From: Opitutales bacterium
GTDB taxonomy: Bacteria > Verrucomicrobiota > Verrucomicrobiia > Opitutales > JABSRG01
Length of the DNA: 29,032 nt
NCBI GenBank assembly: GCA_049599475.1
Contig: JBMYOQ010000058.1
Coordinates: 1 to 29,032 of the forward strand
Direction: 5' to 3'
Below, piece by piece: positions 26,906 to 29,032 of this stretch. Numbering within the stretch: the first letter of the stretch is position 1; the number at the start of each line of letters is the position of its first letter. Below the pieces are notes generated by a model. That model made no database searches. It saw only the letters and a program-made list of their open reading frames with translations, and was not told the DNA's origin. Position numbers and translations under genes: made by a program.

Positions 26906-28378
26906 ATGTACCGGATAAAAACTCCCCTCCTTTCTCTTCTTGCATGTGCATTGGCGATGACTTCGGTCGCCCAAAAACAGCCCAACATCGTGTTTGTCTT
27001 AGTGGACGATATGCCTTGGTGGGGAACCTCTGTGCAGCAGCTTGAAGGCGACCCGCGCTCGACTTCCATTTACCGAGACACGCCCCATGTCGCCAGGCTT
27101 GCTAAAAACGGCATGACCTTCGCCAACGCCTATGCCGCAGCGGGCATGTGCGCCCCCTCGCGAGCGAGCATCCAAACAGGCGTCTCACCCGCACGACACC
27201 TCTTCAGCGGAAATGGCAATTTCGGGGAAGATGCGCCAGATGAAGTCTACTATGACAACCGACGCGGTCGGGCACGCAATGCATACATGATCGAGCCCTC
27301 CCCGATCGGTAAGCTAAATACAGAATTTGCCACCATTGGAGAAAAACTTCAGGAGCGCGGATACGCCACGGCCCATATCGGAAAATGGCACCTCTACGCC
27401 GGAGGCCCCAATGCACACGGATACGATGTGAGCGACGGCGAAACGTCCAATGATGAAGGCCGACCCGGTGCAGGAATGGGCAAAGACGATCCAAAATGGA
27501 TATTCAGCATGACACGCCGTGGAATCGATTTTATCAGCGAACAACATCGCGCCCAACGCCCCTTCTACCTTCAGCTCTCCCACTACGTTGAGCACAACAA
27601 GCAAATGTCCCTTCCCGAGACCTTGGAAAGCTTCGTGAGTATGGATACGATCAGCAGTCTCTCTGGCCGCAATAGGCGCGAAACGTCCACTCACGGGGCA
27701 GCCGTTAAGGATCTCGATACATCTATCGGGATGCTACTCGACCACCTCGACAAACTCGACATTCGCGAAAACACCTATTTCGTCTTCACCTCCGACAATG
27801 GCAAGGGCCTTTACAACGGCGCACAAAGCGTCCTCCGTGGCGACAAGTGGTGGCTTTGGGAGGCGGGGATTCGCGTGCCTTTCATGATTGAAGGGCCAGG
27901 CATCGCCGCAAATTCGCGCTCAGATATAAACATCGTCGGCTACGACCTACTCCCAACTTTCTACGAAATGGCCGGTGGCGATGCACCGCAGCTGGAAGCT
28001 TCGATCGACGGCAAAAGCCTCATGCCCATCCTCGCAGGGCGCGATGTGCGTGCATTTGAGAACCGCCCACTCTTCTTCCATTATCCTCACCTGCGTAACA
28101 CCACTCCACACTCAGCCATCGTCCAGGGAGAATACAAGCTCTATACATTCTATGAGATCCCCGACAAGCCCTCCCTCTTTAACTTGCGGAAAGATCTTGG
28201 GGAAACCACAAACCTGGCCCCTCAAATGCCCGAAAAAGCATCAGCTATGCAGGACATACTCTTCAATTATTTCAAACGCGTAGGCGCCTATCTCCCCAAA
28301 GAAAACCCAGATGCAGACACCTCAAAACCGCGCTTCGACCCAGACAAAATCATGCCACCGACCACGGCGGCACTTTAG
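26906..28378 (+). CDS. Cys-type formylglycine-dependent sulfatase (S1 family), secreted
   Basis: PNIVFVLVDD, CAPSRASIQTG, GKWH, FTSDNG, EAGIRVP. GGAGGA at 26887-26892 precedes ATG 26906; signal peptide present. Confidence 0.95.
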   Translation: MYRIKTPLLSLLACALAMTSVAQKQPNIVFVLVDDMPWWGTSVQQLEGDPRSTSIYRDTPHVARLAKNGMTFANAYAAAGMCAPSRASIQTGVSPARHLFSGNGNFGEDAPDEVYYDNRRGRARNAYMIEPSPIGKLNTEFATIGEKLQERGYATAHIGKWHLYAGGPNAHGYDVSDGETSNDEGRPGAGMGKDDPKWIFSMTRRGIDFISEQHRAQRPFYLQLSHYVEHNKQMSLPETLESFVSMDTISSLSGRNRRETSTHGAAVKDLDTSIGMLLDHLDKLDIRENTYFVFTSDNGKGLYNGAQSVLRGDKWWLWEAGIRVPFMIEGPGIAANSRSDINIVGYDLLPTFYEMAGGDAPQLEASIDGKSLMPILAGRDVRAFENRPLFFHYPHLRNTTPHSAIVQGEYKLYTFYEIPDKPSLFNLRKDLGETTNLAPQMPEKASAMQDILFNYFKRVGAYLPKENPDADTSKPRFDPDKIMPPTTAAL

Positions 28379-28449
28379 CCAAGGTGGGGTTGAAAATGGA
28401 TTTTACTATTTCGGAATAGTTTATTCGTAAACTTGGGAGGCGGACATCG

Positions 28450-28797
28450 GACGTAGGCTTACCAGAGATGGCGAAGCAATGGCGCTGCCTTGATAGAAGA
28501 AATGGGGTAGCAACCGATCTCCGAGCGGTTGAAGACAGCAATTTCGCCCAGCTGACACGCAGCATTCGGCCGCTACCATCGGGACAGATTAGGATTAAAA
28601 TCAATATGAAAAGGTAGGGCCTTTACAGTCCTCACGCAGCCGCCTCTGTTGCTTCGGATTCGGCTTAAATGCAGCGGCTGCCTCGGAGATGCAGCCCTCC
28701 TTTTCGCAACTATCTAGTCCTTAATACCATTCCTTTTTGAAACATATTCAGCACTAAGGCCGCAGCATTGCTTCGCCATCTCCGGCAAGCCTCCGTC
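28450..28797. repeat. 348-bp composite element bounded by 32-bp inverted repeats and containing REP-like doublets
   Basis: 28450-28481 matches the reverse complement of 28766-28797 at 29/32 positions. Internal inverted pairs lie at 28506-28577 and 28613-28700. Confidence 0.8.
28668..28728. repeat. REP-like palindromic repeat, copy 2 (direct repeat of 149-210)
   Basis: Shares cggctgcctcggagatgcagccctcc exactly with copy 1, plus the ctatcta...cttaatacc tail. Confidence 0.9.
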
Positions 28798-28935
28798 AAG
28801 GGCATACTACCATTCCTCCTCGTGGGATACGCTTCGATACTGCGTTCTACCGCGATTCCGAATCTTCGTTTACAAAAAGGGTTGATCTATCCGAAAATAC
28901 CCGCCTAACTCCTCGTTTCCCAAATTTCTTTGGAA

Positions 28936-29027
28936 GGAGAGATGGCTGAGTGGCCGAAAGCACTTCTTTGCTAAAGAAGCGAACCTATATCAGGGTTCCG
29001 CGGGTTCGAATCCCGCTCTCTCCGCCA
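28936..29027 (+). tRNA. tRNA-Ser (anticodon GCT)
   Basis: Acceptor stem GGAGAGA/TCTCTCC, discriminator G and encoded CCA; anticodon arm cttct-ttGCTaa-agaag; long variable arm; T-loop GTTCGAATC. Confidence 0.97.
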
Positions 29028-29032
29028 CTTTT

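Noticed and set aside
28350..28604. 84-aa minus-strand ORF
   Set aside because: It runs through palindromic repeats, overlaps the sulfatase end and has no protein-like features.
149..29027. Direct repeats at 149-210 and 28668-28728 near tRNA-Ser read as attL/attR of a 28.5-kb island
   Set aside because: The repeat is a REP-like hairpin and not a copy of the tRNA end. There is no integrase, and the enclosed genes look like ordinary chromosomal content.

Overview
Bacterial chromosomal window of roughly 50-55% GC (by eye). Gene content suggests Verrucomicrobiota, probably Opitutales/Puniceicoccales; this is an inference from the pilin-like motif, the C-terminal 'DxDxDGxxNLxEY' module, the sulfatase and the DUF1080 gene. 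Left to right: (1) a minus-strand run of DUF1080, TIM-barrel sugar isomerase/lyase, a large PQQ-like beta-propeller protein and an exported protein with a pilin-like head; (2) a five-gene heavy-metal RND efflux operon (Cys-rich protein, TolC, adaptor, CusA/CzcA-type pump, His/Cys-rich protein), divergent from an SLC13/TrkA-C permease; (3) a small receiver-like protein and a Tat-exported PhoD; (4) an overlapping three-gene amino-sugar operon (GKRP/MurQ-like SIS protein, Na+/solute symporter, GH20 hexosaminidase); (5) an AIM24/TIGR00266 gene, a 1000-aa modular secreted beta-helix/FN3/CBM protein and a sulfatase; (6) tRNA-Ser(GCT). Intergenic spaces carry several families of palindromic repeats. 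The most unusual observations are an RND adaptor with no alpha-hairpin and a C-terminal membrane anchor, a 247-bp repeat in two inverted copies that each sit just after a terminator and keep a 34-codon ORF, a bacterial GKRP-like double-SIS protein, a possible PQQ-type partner for a 3-keto-glycoside pathway, and a PilP/GspC-like plus pilin-head fusion. All family calls come from motifs recognised by eye; no searches were run.
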